Notes: generated by a model not told the origin, from the sequence alone. A stretch of DNA of 64,000 nt from an uncultured Holophagales bacterium (GCA_963842525.1 CAWJGT010000032.1:64001-128000), one strand, 5' to 3'; positions 37,772-51,581 are shown, counted from the stretch's first letter. Numbers and translations are program-made.

Positions 37772-39967
37772 TCAGCGCGCTCCCACCCCCATCTCGTCCA
37801 ACAGCGGGCGCGCCGCGGCGCCGTGGAGGGTGTCCAGGATCCAGAGCAGGAAGCGGGTATCGGCGCTGACGTTGCGGGCGATGTCGGGGTTGTAGCCGAA
37901 GTCGTTGGCCACGTTCTCCCAGACGCGGTCGAAGTTGACGCCGACCAGCTCGCCGCGCTGGTTGAGGACCGGGCTCCCCGAGCTGCCGCCCGTGGTGTCC
38001 GCGTCCGCCAGGAACGCGACCGGCACGTCGCCGAGCTTGGGGTCCGCCCAGCGGCTCTTGGACGCAGCCGGCGCCGCGGCGAGGAGCTCCTCCGGCGCGT
38101 CGAACGGCTCTTCGCCCGTGTCCTTCTCGACGATCCCGCCGACCGTCGTCTGCGGCTCCATCCGCATGCCGTCGCGCGGGATGTAGCCGCGCACGTGGGC
38201 GAGGCTCACCCGCAGCGTGTTGTTGGCGTCCGGCGCCACCGGTTTGCCGGCGTGCGCCCGCACCGCCCGCTGCCAGGCGGGGCGCAGCCGGGACACCGCG
38301 CCCTGGAAACGGTCGTCCCGCTCCTTTTTCGCGCGCAGCTCCGGTTCGAGGGCAAAGGCGAGGTCGAGCAGCGGGTCGCGGCGCGCGCGGAGCTGCTCCA
38401 TGGTCTCTGCAAACATCTTCTGCCGCTCCTCGGCATCGGCGACGCGCGTGCGGGCGAGGAGGTGGGCCGCCCTGGCGCGGATCGCGGTGGGATCGGGATC
38501 GCGGCCGGCGCCGAGGAGGGCGTCCACGGCGGCCACGCGGCTCCCCGCGGGGAGCTTCGCGAAGCGGCCCAGGACGTCGGCGAGCAGGGCCTCCTCCGTG
38601 GGCAGGTGCAAGCGCTTCTGATCGAGGCGCAGACGCTCCGCGAGGCGGTCCTTCTCGCGCTCCATGTAGTCCGGCTCCCGCTCGAGGTCGGGCTTGACCT
38701 TCTCCCCGGCCCAGCGGACGAGGGTCAGGGCCAGCTCGAGGGGCTTCGGGCCACCCTTCGCCTGGTCCAGCAGGAAGTCGCGCTCCCAGCTCGCCCGCTG
38801 CTTCGCGACGAGCTGCGCCATCTCCCGCTGCGCCGCCACGGCCGCCGCCTGATCGGACTGCCGGGCCGCCCAGGCGAGCACCTCCTGCTCGGCGGCGTGC
38901 TTCTTCTCCAGGATCTGCCCGCGCCGGATGCCGTCCACCTGACCGCGCGAATTCTTCTCCCGGTTGGCGAGCGTCTTGAGGCGGTCAGCCAGCGCGATGC
39001 GGGCCTCTTCTGCCGTCGCGGAGGGCGCCTCCATCAGGTCCATCCAGGCCCGGTAGAGCTCGGCGCGGCGGGGATAATACAGATCCGCCCTCTCCCGCAT
39101 CTCGGCCTCGGTGTACGAGCGCAACGTCGTGCCCGGATAGCCTGCCACCAGGACGAAGGCGCCGGACTCGACCCCGACCCCCTGCTTCGCCACCGGGAAG
39201 AAGTGCCGCGGCTGGTAGGGCACATTGCCGGTGCTCCAGGGGGCCGGGTTGCCGTCCGGGCCGGCCCAGACCCGCAGCAGGGCGAAGTCGCCGGTATGGC
39301 GGGGCCAGCTCCAGTTGTCCACCTCGCCGCCGTACTCGCCGACCGAGCGCGGCGGGGCCCAGACCAGGCGCACGTCGAGAAACTCCAGCCCCTCGAACAA
39401 GAGGTACTGGATGCCGCCGTCGAACGCCTCCACCTGGCAGCGGCGGTTCGGCTGTTTCTCGCAGGCGGCGATCAGCTCCTTCTTCTTGCGGTCGATCGCC
39501 CGGAAACGCGCCAGGTCGTCGGCGCCGGCGGCGCCGGCGGACACCGCGGCCTCGACCTCGGCCGTCACGTCCGTGACCCGGTGGGGGATGGTGATCCGGG
39601 TCCCCTTGCCCGGCAGCTCCCCGGCGCGCGATCCGGCGAGGAAGCCCCGGGCGATGACGTCGTTCTCCGGCGTCGAGTGCTGCTGCAGGATGCCGAAGGC
39701 GCAGTGGTGGTTGGTGACGACGAGGCCGTCGGGGGAGATGAAGCCGCCCGAGCAGCCGGTGCCTACCCGGACCGCGGCCGACAGGAGACCAGCCCCTTCG
39801 CGGCTCCACAGATCCTCGGGCGGGATCTCCAGCCCCAGCTCACGCAGCCACTTGGGATCGAGCTCCAGGATCTGCTGCGGCGTCCACTTCCCTTCCACGG
39901 CGAGAGCCCTCCCGGCGGCGAGCGCGCAAACCAGAGCGAGGATGGAGATAGACCAGGTGCGTCTCAT
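37772..39967 (-). CDS. S46 family dipeptidyl peptidase
   Basis: Signal peptide, 'EGKWTP', 'TNHHC', 'NWSWPRHTGDF', 'PDANNTLR', 'GGSSGSP', 'FDRVWE'. Confidence 0.92.
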   Translation of the reverse strand: MRRTWSISILALVCALAAGRALAVEGKWTPQQILELDPKWLRELGLEIPPEDLWSREGAGLLSAAVRVGTGCSGGFISPDGLVVTNHHCAFGILQQHSTPENDVIARGFLAGSRAGELPGKGTRITIPHRVTDVTAEVEAAVSAGAAGADDLARFRAIDRKKKELIAACEKQPNRRCQVEAFDGGIQYLLFEGLEFLDVRLVWAPPRSVGEYGGEVDNWSWPRHTGDFALLRVWAGPDGNPAPWSTGNVPYQPRHFFPVAKQGVGVESGAFVLVAGYPGTTLRSYTEAEMRERADLYYPRRAELYRAWMDLMEAPSATAEEARIALADRLKTLANREKNSRGQVDGIRRGQILEKKHAAEQEVLAWAARQSDQAAAVAAQREMAQLVAKQRASWERDFLLDQAKGGPKPLELALTLVRWAGEKVKPDLEREPDYMEREKDRLAERLRLDQKRLHLPTEEALLADVLGRFAKLPAGSRVAAVDALLGAGRDPDPTAIRARAAHLLARTRVADAEERQKMFAETMEQLRARRDPLLDLAFALEPELRAKKERDDRFQGAVSRLRPAWQRAVRAHAGKPVAPDANNTLRVSLAHVRGYIPRDGMRMEPQTTVGGIVEKDTGEEPFDAPEELLAAAPAASKSRWADPKLGDVPVAFLADADTTGGSSGSPVLNQRGELVGVNFDRVWENVANDFGYNPDIARNVSADTRFLLWILDTLHGAAARPLLDEMGVGAR

Positions 39968-40154
39968 GGCCGGGTAGTGTAGAGGAAGTGACCGGGCGTA
40001 TGCTCCCGCCTCATGGCCCTCGCCCGCCGAGGGCGCGGCGTCCACGTGCGCATTCTTACAAACTCACGAGGATCAACGAGCGCGCCGTTCGTCAAACGGC
40101 AGCTCTGAGGCGGGTTGAGACGGGATCGGCTATCCTCTCCACGGAGGATCTGCC

Positions 40155-40478
40155 GTGCGCTTCGGGCTCTACCAACCCTACCGACTGACCGTCCGTTGCG
40201 TGCTCTGGGCCGCGTGGGTGGTGATCGTGCTCTCGGTGATGACCATCGGTAGCCAGAGCCCCAAGTCCAATCACCCGGTTGGGTTGCTCCTGCTCGGGCT
40301 CGGTTGCGCCGGCTCGGGCATGCTCTCACTGCTGACGCTCTTCAGACCCGCCGTCTGGGAGCGTTTGGTCGATCCCAATGTCGACGCCCGGGAGGCGAGG
40401 ACCCACCTCTACGGGCTCTCGGGCCTTGGAGTCATCGGCGCCATCCTGGTCACGATGGCGCTGGTACGGCTCGTGTAG
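40155..40478 (+). CDS. Small three-TM membrane protein
   Basis: GGAGG RBS, GTG start, three hydrophobic segments. Confidence 0.6.
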   Translation: MRFGLYQPYRLTVRCVLWAAWVVIVLSVMTIGSQSPKSNHPVGLLLLGLGCAGSGMLSLLTLFRPAVWERLVDPNVDAREARTHLYGLSGLGVIGAILVTMALVRLV

Positions 40479-40540
40479 GGACAGACCGGCAGGGCGGACG
40501 GCTCTCCCGCGCGCCCGCAGTGACCAACTCGCAAAGAACG

Positions 40541-40571
40541 GGGCACAGGGGCGCGAGCCGCCCGTGCCCCT
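40541..40571 (-). terminator. Probable terminator of the RRM gene
   Basis: GGGGCAC...GTGCCCC stem followed by GTTCTTT on the minus strand. Confidence 0.55.
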
Positions 40572-40579
40572 CCGTTTGT

Positions 40580-40928
40580 CTAGTACCGGCGTCCGCCGCC
40601 GCCGCCGTAGCCGCCCCCACGTCCGCCGCCACCCCCGTAGCCGCCACCGCCGCCCTTGCCGCCACGTCCGCCACCCTCTTCCCTCGGGCGCGCCTCGTTG
40701 ACCGTTAGGTTGCGGCCCTCGAGCTCTCTGCCGTTGAGGGCGCTGATGGCCGCCCGCGCGTCCTGGTCGCTGGCCATTTCCACGAAGCCGAACCCTTTGG
40801 AGCGGCCTGTGTCGCGGTCCATGATCACCTGGGCGGACTGTACGGAGCCGTGGGCTGCGAAGAGCTGCCTCCAGATCACTGTCCCTGACGCTATAAGCCA
40901 AGTTTCCGACGTACAACTTCTTGCCCAT
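40580..40928 (-). CDS. Glycine-rich RRM RNA-binding protein (one apparent frameshift at ~40869)
   Basis: RNP2 'KLYVGNL' in one frame; RNP1 'KGFGFVEM', 'VNEARP' and Gly tail in the next. Confidence 0.9.
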
Positions 40929-41147
40929 GGGAGGCTCCTCGCTTGGACCGTCGCCCGGTCTCTACCGGGACGACTCTGTGAATGCCTGACTTCTGCTTGC
41001 ACGTGAGGCGGGGTTCCGGGGCGTCGTTCCTCGACGAGCCGGACTCGCTAGGGCAAACCCTAGCACATTGCGGGCCATCCGCAACGGCTTCGATGCAGTT
41101 GACCCGAATTCTCTTCTCCAGATACCTTCAAAGGGACGCAGCGACGC

Positions 41148-42044
41148 TTACCCGCCGCCGATCAGCTTGCGGTAGGTCTTGAGGTGCCCGAAGGCCTCCT
41201 GGCGGCGGCCGAGCTCTTCGTAGACGACGGAGAGGTTGTAGTGCGCCTCGGTGAAGGTGGGGTCGAGCTCCAGGGTGCGCTCGTAGGCTGCGGCGGCCTC
41301 GGCACGGCGGCCGAGGTCCTGGAGGACGACGCCGAGATTGTAGGCCGCGGTGGGCTCATCCGGCTGGAGGGCGACCGCGCGGCGGTAGGAGCGCTCGGCT
41401 TCGGCGAGCTCGCCGTGCTCGTGGAGGAGCCGGCCCAGGTTCAACCAGGCGTCCGGCAGGTCCGGGTCGAGCTCGAGGGCCCGGCGGTAGGCCGCCATGG
41501 CCTCCCGGACCCCTTCTTCAGAACCGTCGCACTCGAGCTCGCAGCCGTGCGCGAACCAGCCGTCGGCGGTCTCCGGGGCGTTGCTCTGCGGCCTGCGGTC
41601 GGTGCGCACGGCGAGCGTCAAAGCCTGGCGCTCGAGGTCGGAGACCTGGAAGTCGAGGAGTGTCTGTCCGGACTCGGGATTCCAGACCTCCGCGCCGTCG
41701 CGCACGACCACGTGATGCCCCTGGGCCGTGATGCGGACGCCGGTCAGCGGCTTGCCTGCCGGGAGCTGGTCCTGCAGATTCTGGAGAGCCAGCCGGATCC
41801 GCCGGCGCGGCACCTCGGCGGCCATCAGCCCCTTGGCCGTGCGCAGCAGGATCAGATCCTGGAAGGAGAAGCGGTGCTCACCGCGAGGACCCTGGGCCGG
41901 AGAGATGAAACCGTCACGGATATAGGAGCGCACCTGCGCGACCGACAGGCCGAGCAGGGCGGCGACATCGCGCGTCGCATAGCCGGACACCGGCGCCAGG
42001 CGTTCCGGCGCGCCCGGCGGACGGAGAGAAGCGACCTGGCTCAT
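41148..42044 (-). CDS. MerR-like HTH - TPR protein
   Basis: 'YATRDVAALLGLS..QVR', 'FSFQDLILLR', C-terminal TPRs; downstream of ku. Confidence 0.8.
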   Translation of the reverse strand: MSQVASLRPPGAPERLAPVSGYATRDVAALLGLSVAQVRSYIRDGFISPAQGPRGEHRFSFQDLILLRTAKGLMAAEVPRRRIRLALQNLQDQLPAGKPLTGVRITAQGHHVVVRDGAEVWNPESGQTLLDFQVSDLERQALTLAVRTDRRPQSNAPETADGWFAHGCELECDGSEEGVREAMAAYRRALELDPDLPDAWLNLGRLLHEHGELAEAERSYRRAVALQPDEPTAAYNLGVVLQDLGRRAEAAAAYERTLELDPTFTEAHYNLSVVYEELGRRQEAFGHLKTYRKLIGGG

Positions 42045-42065
42045 CGGCCTTCAGTGTAACTCCGG

Positions 42066-42150
42066 AAAGGACGAAAAGGACAACAAGGACACAAAGGACA
42101 GCGGAAGACGAGCACCAGGCTCGTCCCTGTTGTCCTTGTTGTCGTTGTCT
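42066..42150. repeat. 9-bp tandem units with inverted copy
   Basis: (A/C)AAGGACNN x4 at 42066-42101; complementary TTGTCCTTG-like units at 42121-42150. Confidence 0.7.
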
Positions 42151-42158
42151 TCTGAGGC

Positions 42159-43052
42159 CTACCGCTTCGAGCCTGTCTTCTTCCGCGGCGCGACCGCGGG
42201 CGCCGTGTCGGCCGTGGTGCGCGGCGACGGCTTGGGGCCTTTGCGGGCCGAGATGGACACGGGCTGGGCCGCGGGCTTGCCCGAGGACGAGAGGCTCGCC
42301 TTCAGAGCCTCCATGAGATCGATGATCTGGGCCTTGGGCGCCTCCTGCGGCGCGGCGGTGATCTCCTCGCCCTGGACCTTCTGGTCGATCAGGCTGCGGG
42401 TACGCTGGCGCACGTTGTCCTCGTACTCCTCGGGCTTGAACTCGTCGTTCGCGATCTGCTCGATGAGCTGGATGGCGAGCTTGAGCTCCGGCTCCTTGAC
42501 CTCCGACGGCGCCAGCGGCACCTCGGAGAAGGGACGGATCTCGTCGGCGTAGCGGAGCTGCTGCAGGATGAGGCCCCCGTCGTAGGGGCGCAGCAGCACG
42601 AGGTAGTCCTTGCCGCGTGCCGCATAGCGCGCCAGGGCCGCCCGGCCGGTCCGCTTCATGGCCTCGGAGAGCAGCAGATAGGGACGGTCACCGTTGCGGT
42701 CCGGCCCCAGGTAGGTGGCCTTCTCGTAGAAGATCGGATCGACCTGGTCCAGGGGGACGAACTCGGTGATGTCGATCGAATTGGTCGGCTCGGGGGTGAT
42801 CGCCTTCAGCTCTTCTTCGCTGAACAGAACATATTGCCCCTTCGCGTACTCATAACCTTTCACCATGTCTTCCCGGCCGACGACTTCGTTGTCCGTTGGA
42901 CAAAAATATTGTTGCCGCAACCGGGTACCGCACTTTTTGTGCAACATGTTGAGAGTGATGCCAGACGAGCTTTCCCCTGTGGAATAAAGCTTTACAGGGA
43001 TCGTTACGAGTCCGAAGGAGATGGTTCCGGAGGCGAAAGATCGGGCGCTCAT
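42159..43052 (-). CDS. ku: Ku DNA end-binding protein
   Basis: 'GTISFGLVTIPVKLY', 'MVKGYEY', 'FVPLDQVDPIFYE', 'IIDLMEALKASL'. Confidence 0.95.
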   Translation of the reverse strand: MSARSFASGTISFGLVTIPVKLYSTGESSSGITLNMLHKKCGTRLRQQYFCPTDNEVVGREDMVKGYEYAKGQYVLFSEEELKAITPEPTNSIDITEFVPLDQVDPIFYEKATYLGPDRNGDRPYLLLSEAMKRTGRAALARYAARGKDYLVLLRPYDGGLILQQLRYADEIRPFSEVPLAPSEVKEPELKLAIQLIEQIANDEFKPEEYEDNVRQRTRSLIDQKVQGEEITAAPQEAPKAQIIDLMEALKASLSSSGKPAAQPVSISARKGPKPSPRTTADTAPAVAPRKKTGSKR

Positions 43053-43145
43053 TCCCATAATATTAAACCCATTGCAATGGACGTGCAAGCCAAGCGGAAG
43101 AAGGGTCAAATCAATTTTGCGCCGGAGCTCGAAAAACTTGGAGCG

Positions 43146-45149
43146 GTGCAAAATGATCTCGATGTACGCGACGTCGAGGTCATGAAACCGGAGACACGCG
43201 AGCGGCCCTTCAGCCATCCGGCCTGGATCTTCGAGCTCAAGTACGACGGCTTCCGCGCCCTCGCCGGACGCCGCGGCGGCGAGGCGCGCATCGAGTACCG
43301 CAGCGGGCGCGACGCCACGGTCACCTTTCCCGAAGTCGCGCGCGCCGTGGCGGCGCTGCCGTTCGATCTGATCCTCGACGGCGAGATCGTGGTGCTCGAC
43401 GCCTCCGGCCGGCCGAGCTTTCAGGACCTCCAGCGCCGCGGCCAGCGCACCCGCCGGATCGACTGCGAGCACGCCGCGGCGGCGACGCCCGCCACCTTCT
43501 TCGTCTTCGACCTGCTGGCCCTTGAAGGGTACGATCTGCGTCCGCTGCCGCTGGCGAAGCGCAAGGACCTGCTTCGTCGGGTGCTGGCCGCGAGCCGAGC
43601 GGCTGAGCAGATCCGGAGGATCGACGAAGTGCCGGAGCGTGGAGAGGATCTCTATGCCGCGGTGGCCGAGCTGGGCCTCGAAGGCATCGTGGGCAAGCGC
43701 GCCGACGCGCCATACCGCGCCGGGTATTCGGCCGACTGGGTGAAGGTGCGGGTCGACCAGACGGCCGACTTCGCGGTGCTGGGGTTCGAGCCGGTCCCGC
43801 GGTCGCGCTCCGGCCTGCGCTGCCTGCACCTGGGTGTGCGCGAGGGCGCGGGCTGGGCCTACGTGGGGACGGTGGGCACGGGCTTCAGCAACCAGGAGAC
43901 GACGGAGATCCGCGCCCGCCTGGAGCCGGCCCGGCGTCCGCAGCCTGTCCTCCCAGGCAAGCCTCCCGGCGACCGCAGCGCGGTCTGGGTGGAGCCCGAG
44001 TTGGTCTGCGAGGTCCGCTTCAAGGAGCGGACGCGGGGCGGCCACCTCCGCCAGCCGGTCTTCCTGCGGCTGCGCGACGACAAGACGGTCGAGGAGTGCC
44101 TGCCGCCCCCTCCCCCAACCCCTCCCCCGCACGGCCACCAGCCACCCACCCCGAGCGGGAGAGGGGAGCCCACTCCCGACAGGGCACTGCGGGAGGGTTC
44201 CCGTGATGCATTGAGCCGGGTGGCGGCGCCCCTCTCCCGTTCGGGGCGGAAGAGTGGGGGCCGCACGGGGGAGGGGTCGGGGGAGGGGGTCTCCCTCACC
44301 AACCTCGACAAGGTCTTCTGGCCTGACGAGGGCTACACCAAGGGCGACCTGATCGAGCACTACCGCGCGGTGGCGCCGTGGCTCCTGCCGTACCTGAAGG
44401 ACCGGCCGCTGGTGCTCGACCGTTATCCCAACGGCATCACGGGCAAGTCGTTCTTCCAGAAGAACGCGCCGGAGCTGGCACCTTCGTGGCTGCGCACAAT
44501 CGCGATCGGCTCGATCGACTACTTCCTCTGTGATACCGCGGAGGCGCTCCTCTATCTGGCCAACCTGGGGACGATCCCTCTCCATATCTGGTCGAGCCGG
44601 CTGACGTCGCTCGACCGGCCGGACTGGTGCATCCTGGACCTCGATCCCAAGGGAGCGCCGTTCGAGCACGTGGTGCGGATCGCCCTGGAGATCCGCAGCC
44701 TGTGCGAGGAGATCGAGCTCGAGAGCTTCGTCAAGACGAGCGGCGGCAGCGGGATCCACGTGCTGCTGCCGCTCGGCGGGCAACTCGAGCACGACGCGAC
44801 GCGCCAGCTCGGCGAGCTGCTGGCGCGCGTGATCGTCGACCGGCTGCCGGAGATCGCGACCACGGCGCGGGCCATCCCGGCACGCCGCGGCCGGGTCTAC
44901 ATCGATGCCCTGCAGAACGGGCGCGGCAAGCTCCTCGCCGCACCGTACAGCGTGCGTCCCCGGCCGGGAGCGACCGTTTCGACGCCGCTCTCCTGGAGCG
45001 AGGTCGGCCCGCGGCTCGACATCGGAAGCTTCACCATCCGCACCGTCCCGCAACGGCTGAAGAAGAGGAAGGACGATCCACTGCTGCCGGTCCTGGAGAG
45101 AGTGCCGGACCTGGCGCGGTCGCTGTCGCTGCTGGCGGACCGGGTGTAG
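43146..45149 (+). CDS. ligD: DNA ligase D (ligase plus primase-polymerase domains)
   Basis: 'ELKYDGFR', 'LDGEIV', 'EGIVGK', 'WVKVR'; Pol domain 'TNLDKVFWP', 'FFQKN', 'LDLDP', 'KTSGGSGIH', 'APYSVR'; start approximate. Confidence 0.93.
   Translation: MQNDLDVRDVEVMKPETRERPFSHPAWIFELKYDGFRALAGRRGGEARIEYRSGRDATVTFPEVARAVAALPFDLILDGEIVVLDASGRPSFQDLQRRGQRTRRIDCEHAAAATPATFFVFDLLALEGYDLRPLPLAKRKDLLRRVLAASRAAEQIRRIDEVPERGEDLYAAVAELGLEGIVGKRADAPYRAGYSADWVKVRVDQTADFAVLGFEPVPRSRSGLRCLHLGVREGAGWAYVGTVGTGFSNQETTEIRARLEPARRPQPVLPGKPPGDRSAVWVEPELVCEVRFKERTRGGHLRQPVFLRLRDDKTVEECLPPPPPTPPPHGHQPPTPSGRGEPTPDRALREGSRDALSRVAAPLSRSGRKSGGRTGEGSGEGVSLTNLDKVFWPDEGYTKGDLIEHYRAVAPWLLPYLKDRPLVLDRYPNGITGKSFFQKNAPELAPSWLRTIAIGSIDYFLCDTAEALLYLANLGTIPLHIWSSRLTSLDRPDWCILDLDPKGAPFEHVVRIALEIRSLCEEIELESFVKTSGGSGIHVLLPLGGQLEHDATRQLGELLARVIVDRLPEIATTARAIPARRGRVYIDALQNGRGKLLAAPYSVRPRPGATVSTPLSWSEVGPRLDIGSFTIRTVPQRLKKRKDDPLLPVLERVPDLARSLSLLADRV
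44106..44289. repeat. REP-like palindromic element inside ligD
   Basis: Terminal C-rich/G-rich inverted arms with cores CCCCGAGCGGGAGAGGGG and CCCCTCTCCCGTTCGGGG, also present at 54793-54937. Confidence 0.8.
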
Positions 45150-45214
45150 ACGACCCTTCTGCAACCGCCTGCCCTGCGCCCTGGTGTGCCGGCCCCCAGA
45201 CCTCTCCAAGCCGC

Positions 45215-45424
45215 CCCTGAAGGCCACGTACCTGCCCCTGGGGGCCAAGTGCTCGCCTTCAGGGGCCAAGTGCTCGCCCCTGAGGTCAAGGTGTTCAACC
45301 CTGAGGTCAAAGTGTTCGACCCTGAGGGCGTCCGGCCTGCCCCTGAGGGCCACATGCTCACCCTCAGAGGCAAGATGCTGACCTCTGAGGGCCATGCGTT
45401 CGACCCTGAGGGCCATACAACGAG
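45215..45424. repeat. Tandem array of ten 21-bp units
   Basis: CCCTGAGGGCCA-like unit starts every 21 bp from 45215 to 45404. Confidence 0.88.
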
Positions 45425-45496
45425 TCGCTTGGCGGGAAGGGTGTAGCCGGAACGGAGGGCGGCGGACCCGGGAGGTCCGCCGCCTCAAGTGGGGGG

Positions 45497-48086
45497 TTAC
45501 GGCACGCAGGCCGTGACGGTCACGTTGTCGAGGAACCAGCCGTCCTCGTTGACCGAGCAGTCGCTGATCGAGGTGAAGCCGATGCGCACCGCCTGGCCGG
45601 CGCAGCCGCCGGTGCCGCCGGTGGCCGCATTGCAGGCCGCGTCGAGGTCGACCGTCGTGGAGGTGAAAGAGGTCGCCACACCGGTGAAGACCGAGATGCC
45701 GCCGGCGCCGGTGGGCGGGCAGGAGGTGCTGGTCGTGCCGTTGTAGGAGGTGCCGGAGAGGATGGCCGAGGACGGCACGAGGAAGTAGTTGGTGCCGTTG
45801 ACCGAGACCGCCAGCGTGCCGCCGTCGAAGCCGCTTTCGAACCGCCGCCGGTGGCCGAACGAGAGCCGCGTGGTGCTGGAGCCGGCCGGGACGGAGATGC
45901 CGCCCGTGCCGTTCGGCTGGGCATAGGTGAAGCGGCTGTTGCCATAGTTGGCAGTGCAGTTATTGCCGCCGAAGCGGAAGATCTTGCTGCCGCTCTGGGC
46001 GGTGCAGGTCTGGATGCCGCGCCAATCGGCGGTGTTGCCACCGCTGACAAAGGAACCCTTCACCCAGTCGGCCATGCCGCTGCCGGTCTCGAAGCCGTTG
46101 GTGTAGAGCGTGGTTGTGGTGCAGGCCGGGCAGGCGCTGGTCGTCGCCGAGGCCTGGCTCGAGTTGGTCGACTCGCAGCCGAGGAACGCGCGGACCACGT
46201 AGAAGTAGCCCGTGTTGCAGGTCAGTCCGGTGTCGGGGAAGGTCGTGCCCGTGGAGGTGCCGACCTGGCTGTACGGGCCGCCCGAGGTGGCGGAGCGGTA
46301 GATGCGGTACTCGGTGGCGCCGGCGACCGCCGACCACGAGAGGTTGATCTGGTTCGGGCCGGCCGCGGTGGCGGACAGGCCGGACGGGGCGGCCGGCGGC
46401 GTGCAGGGGACGCCGTTTTCCTGGACGTTGGCGGTCCAGATCTCTTCATTGCCGCCGCTGCGCCGGTCGGTCCATGACGGCCAGAAGCTGTTGTTGATGC
46501 CGGACAGGCCGTTGTAGTCGCCGTACTGGTTGCCCGAATCGGAGCCGGCGATGGTCTCGTCCGTCTGCGCGCTGGTCACCCGGAACGGTGTGGACCAGGT
46601 CACGCCGTCGTCCTCGGAGATCTGGTAGTAGACGTGGGTCTTCTTGCGGCCCGGATCGTCCACCGTGTCGTAGTAGATGATCGCGATCTTGCCGTTGGTC
46701 TCGTCCACCGCCAGCGCCTGGTTGAACTGGTCGTTGTTGCGAGCTCGGGTTGTTGATCTTGACCGGCGTCGCCCAGGTGGTGCCGCCGTTGGTCGAGCGG
46801 GAGAACCAGATGCGGGTCTTGCAGGTCGAGGCGGCGTTGGAGCCGGGCTCGTTGGCGGCCGCGGTGCAGCCGGTGTCGCCGGAAAGGTCGGTCCAGGCCG
46901 CGTAGACGTTGTCCTTGGTCGCCGGTCTCGTAGGCGCCGCCCGAGACGTAGATCAGGATGCGGCGGTTGTTGAACGACGGCACGCCGATGTCGAAGGAAT
47001 CGAAGGTGGTGCGTGATGATGATCGGCGTGGCGATAGCTGGTGCCGCCGTTGGTCGACTTCGCCATCAGGATGCGGCGGTTGCCCGTGGCCGGCCAGAAG
47101 ACGAAGACGTCGCCGGAGCTGTTGGTCTTGACGTCGCAGCCGATGGCGGTGCCGGTGGTCTCGGTGCCGCTGATCTGGATCGGCGTCGCCCCAGCCCGCC
47201 GGCGGTGCGGCGGTTGACGAACTGCGGCAGCGCCGTTGTGCCAGCAGACGTAGATGCTGGTCCTTGAAAGCCGACGTGGCGCTGTGGTCGACCCACATCA
47301 TCTGCTTGTCGGCGCTCGTCTGGGTGCCCGAGAAGGTGGCGTCGAAGGTCCAGGTGGCGCCGTTGTTGGTGGACAGGTAGGACGCGCATCCTGAGCTGGG
47401 TGCCGGTCGAGTTGATGCCGATGGTGGTCGACCAGGCGGTGCCGTCGGAGGTCCAGTCCACCGTCGGGTCGGAGTGGAAGGCGTCTCCGGTCTGGCAGCG
47501 GCAGGGTGGTCTGGCCCCAGGTGGCGCCGGTGTCGGTGGAGTAGTACTGGGCCTGCTGGCCGCTGCCGCCGATGTTGTTCGAGCCGGCGATGATCTTGGT
47601 CGGGTTCCAGTAGTTGACCCGGATGTCCGACTCGCTGCGGCCGGCTGTCTGGGCGCCGGAGATGCGGATGTTGGTGCCGCCGGTCGTGGCCTCGTCAAAG
47701 ATCGACCGTGCATGCCCGGGGGCGATGTCGGGCTCGGTGATGCCGGGGACGAGGTCCTGGTGGGTGGTCATCCACTCGTGGATCTCCTTGAGGACGAGCG
47801 GATAGCCGCCCGTGGGGTCCAGCCGCGAGTAGGTCAGCTCGGGATGGGCCTTGCGCCACCAGACGCGCAGCCAGAGGGGGACCGGGATCTTGTCCTTCGC
47901 CTCCTCGGCGCGCAGCACCGCGAAGTCCTGGTTGTCCTCGATCAGGCGCTGGAGGGCGCTGTCGGGGACGACCCGGTCTGTCCGGAGTTGCTCGTTCATG
48001 GAGGGCCACCGGACCGGCGGAGCCGCGGACGCCCCGGCGAGAGAGAGCACCGACAGCAGAAGTACGGCAACAACGACGTTTCGCAT
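45497..48086 (-). CDS. Secreted BNR/Asp-box (sialidase-like) propeller - FN3 - C-terminal beta-sandwich protein (several frameshifts)
   Basis: Signal peptide MRNVVVAVLLL; Asp-boxes 'STDTGATW', 'SEDDGVTW'; 'GDYNG', 'WTDRR'; FN3; frames break between ~46740 and ~47510. Confidence 0.75.
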
Positions 48087-48261
48087 CACTTCCTCTTCCT
48101 CCTCTCCGGATTTCCGGAGATATGAAAACCCCTCACCTGGAGCACCCTGCTCCAGGTGGACTCTGGCTGTCGTCTTTCGCGTTCCGACCCGAGATGAGCC
48201 CCCGAGCTGTGAGGGCACCCAGAAACAAGGTGCTCGAAAGGGAGAAAAGCGAGCCGACCCC

Positions 48262-48319
48262 ATCCCACCCCTCCTCTCCGGCAAGAGGAAAGGAGGGGTG
48301 GGGGGCCCAGGGGTGAGGG
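48262..48319. repeat. Partial REP-like element
   Basis: CCCACCCCTCCT...AGGAGGGGTGGG hairpin ending GGGGTGAGGG like the 2345-2514 element. Confidence 0.6.

Positions 48320-51581
<3,262 letters not shown>

Noticed and set aside
42159-45488. 1109-aa Ku fusion
   Set aside because: The N-terminal ~810 aa are the antisense of ligD and the 21-bp array; Ku homology starts at 43052
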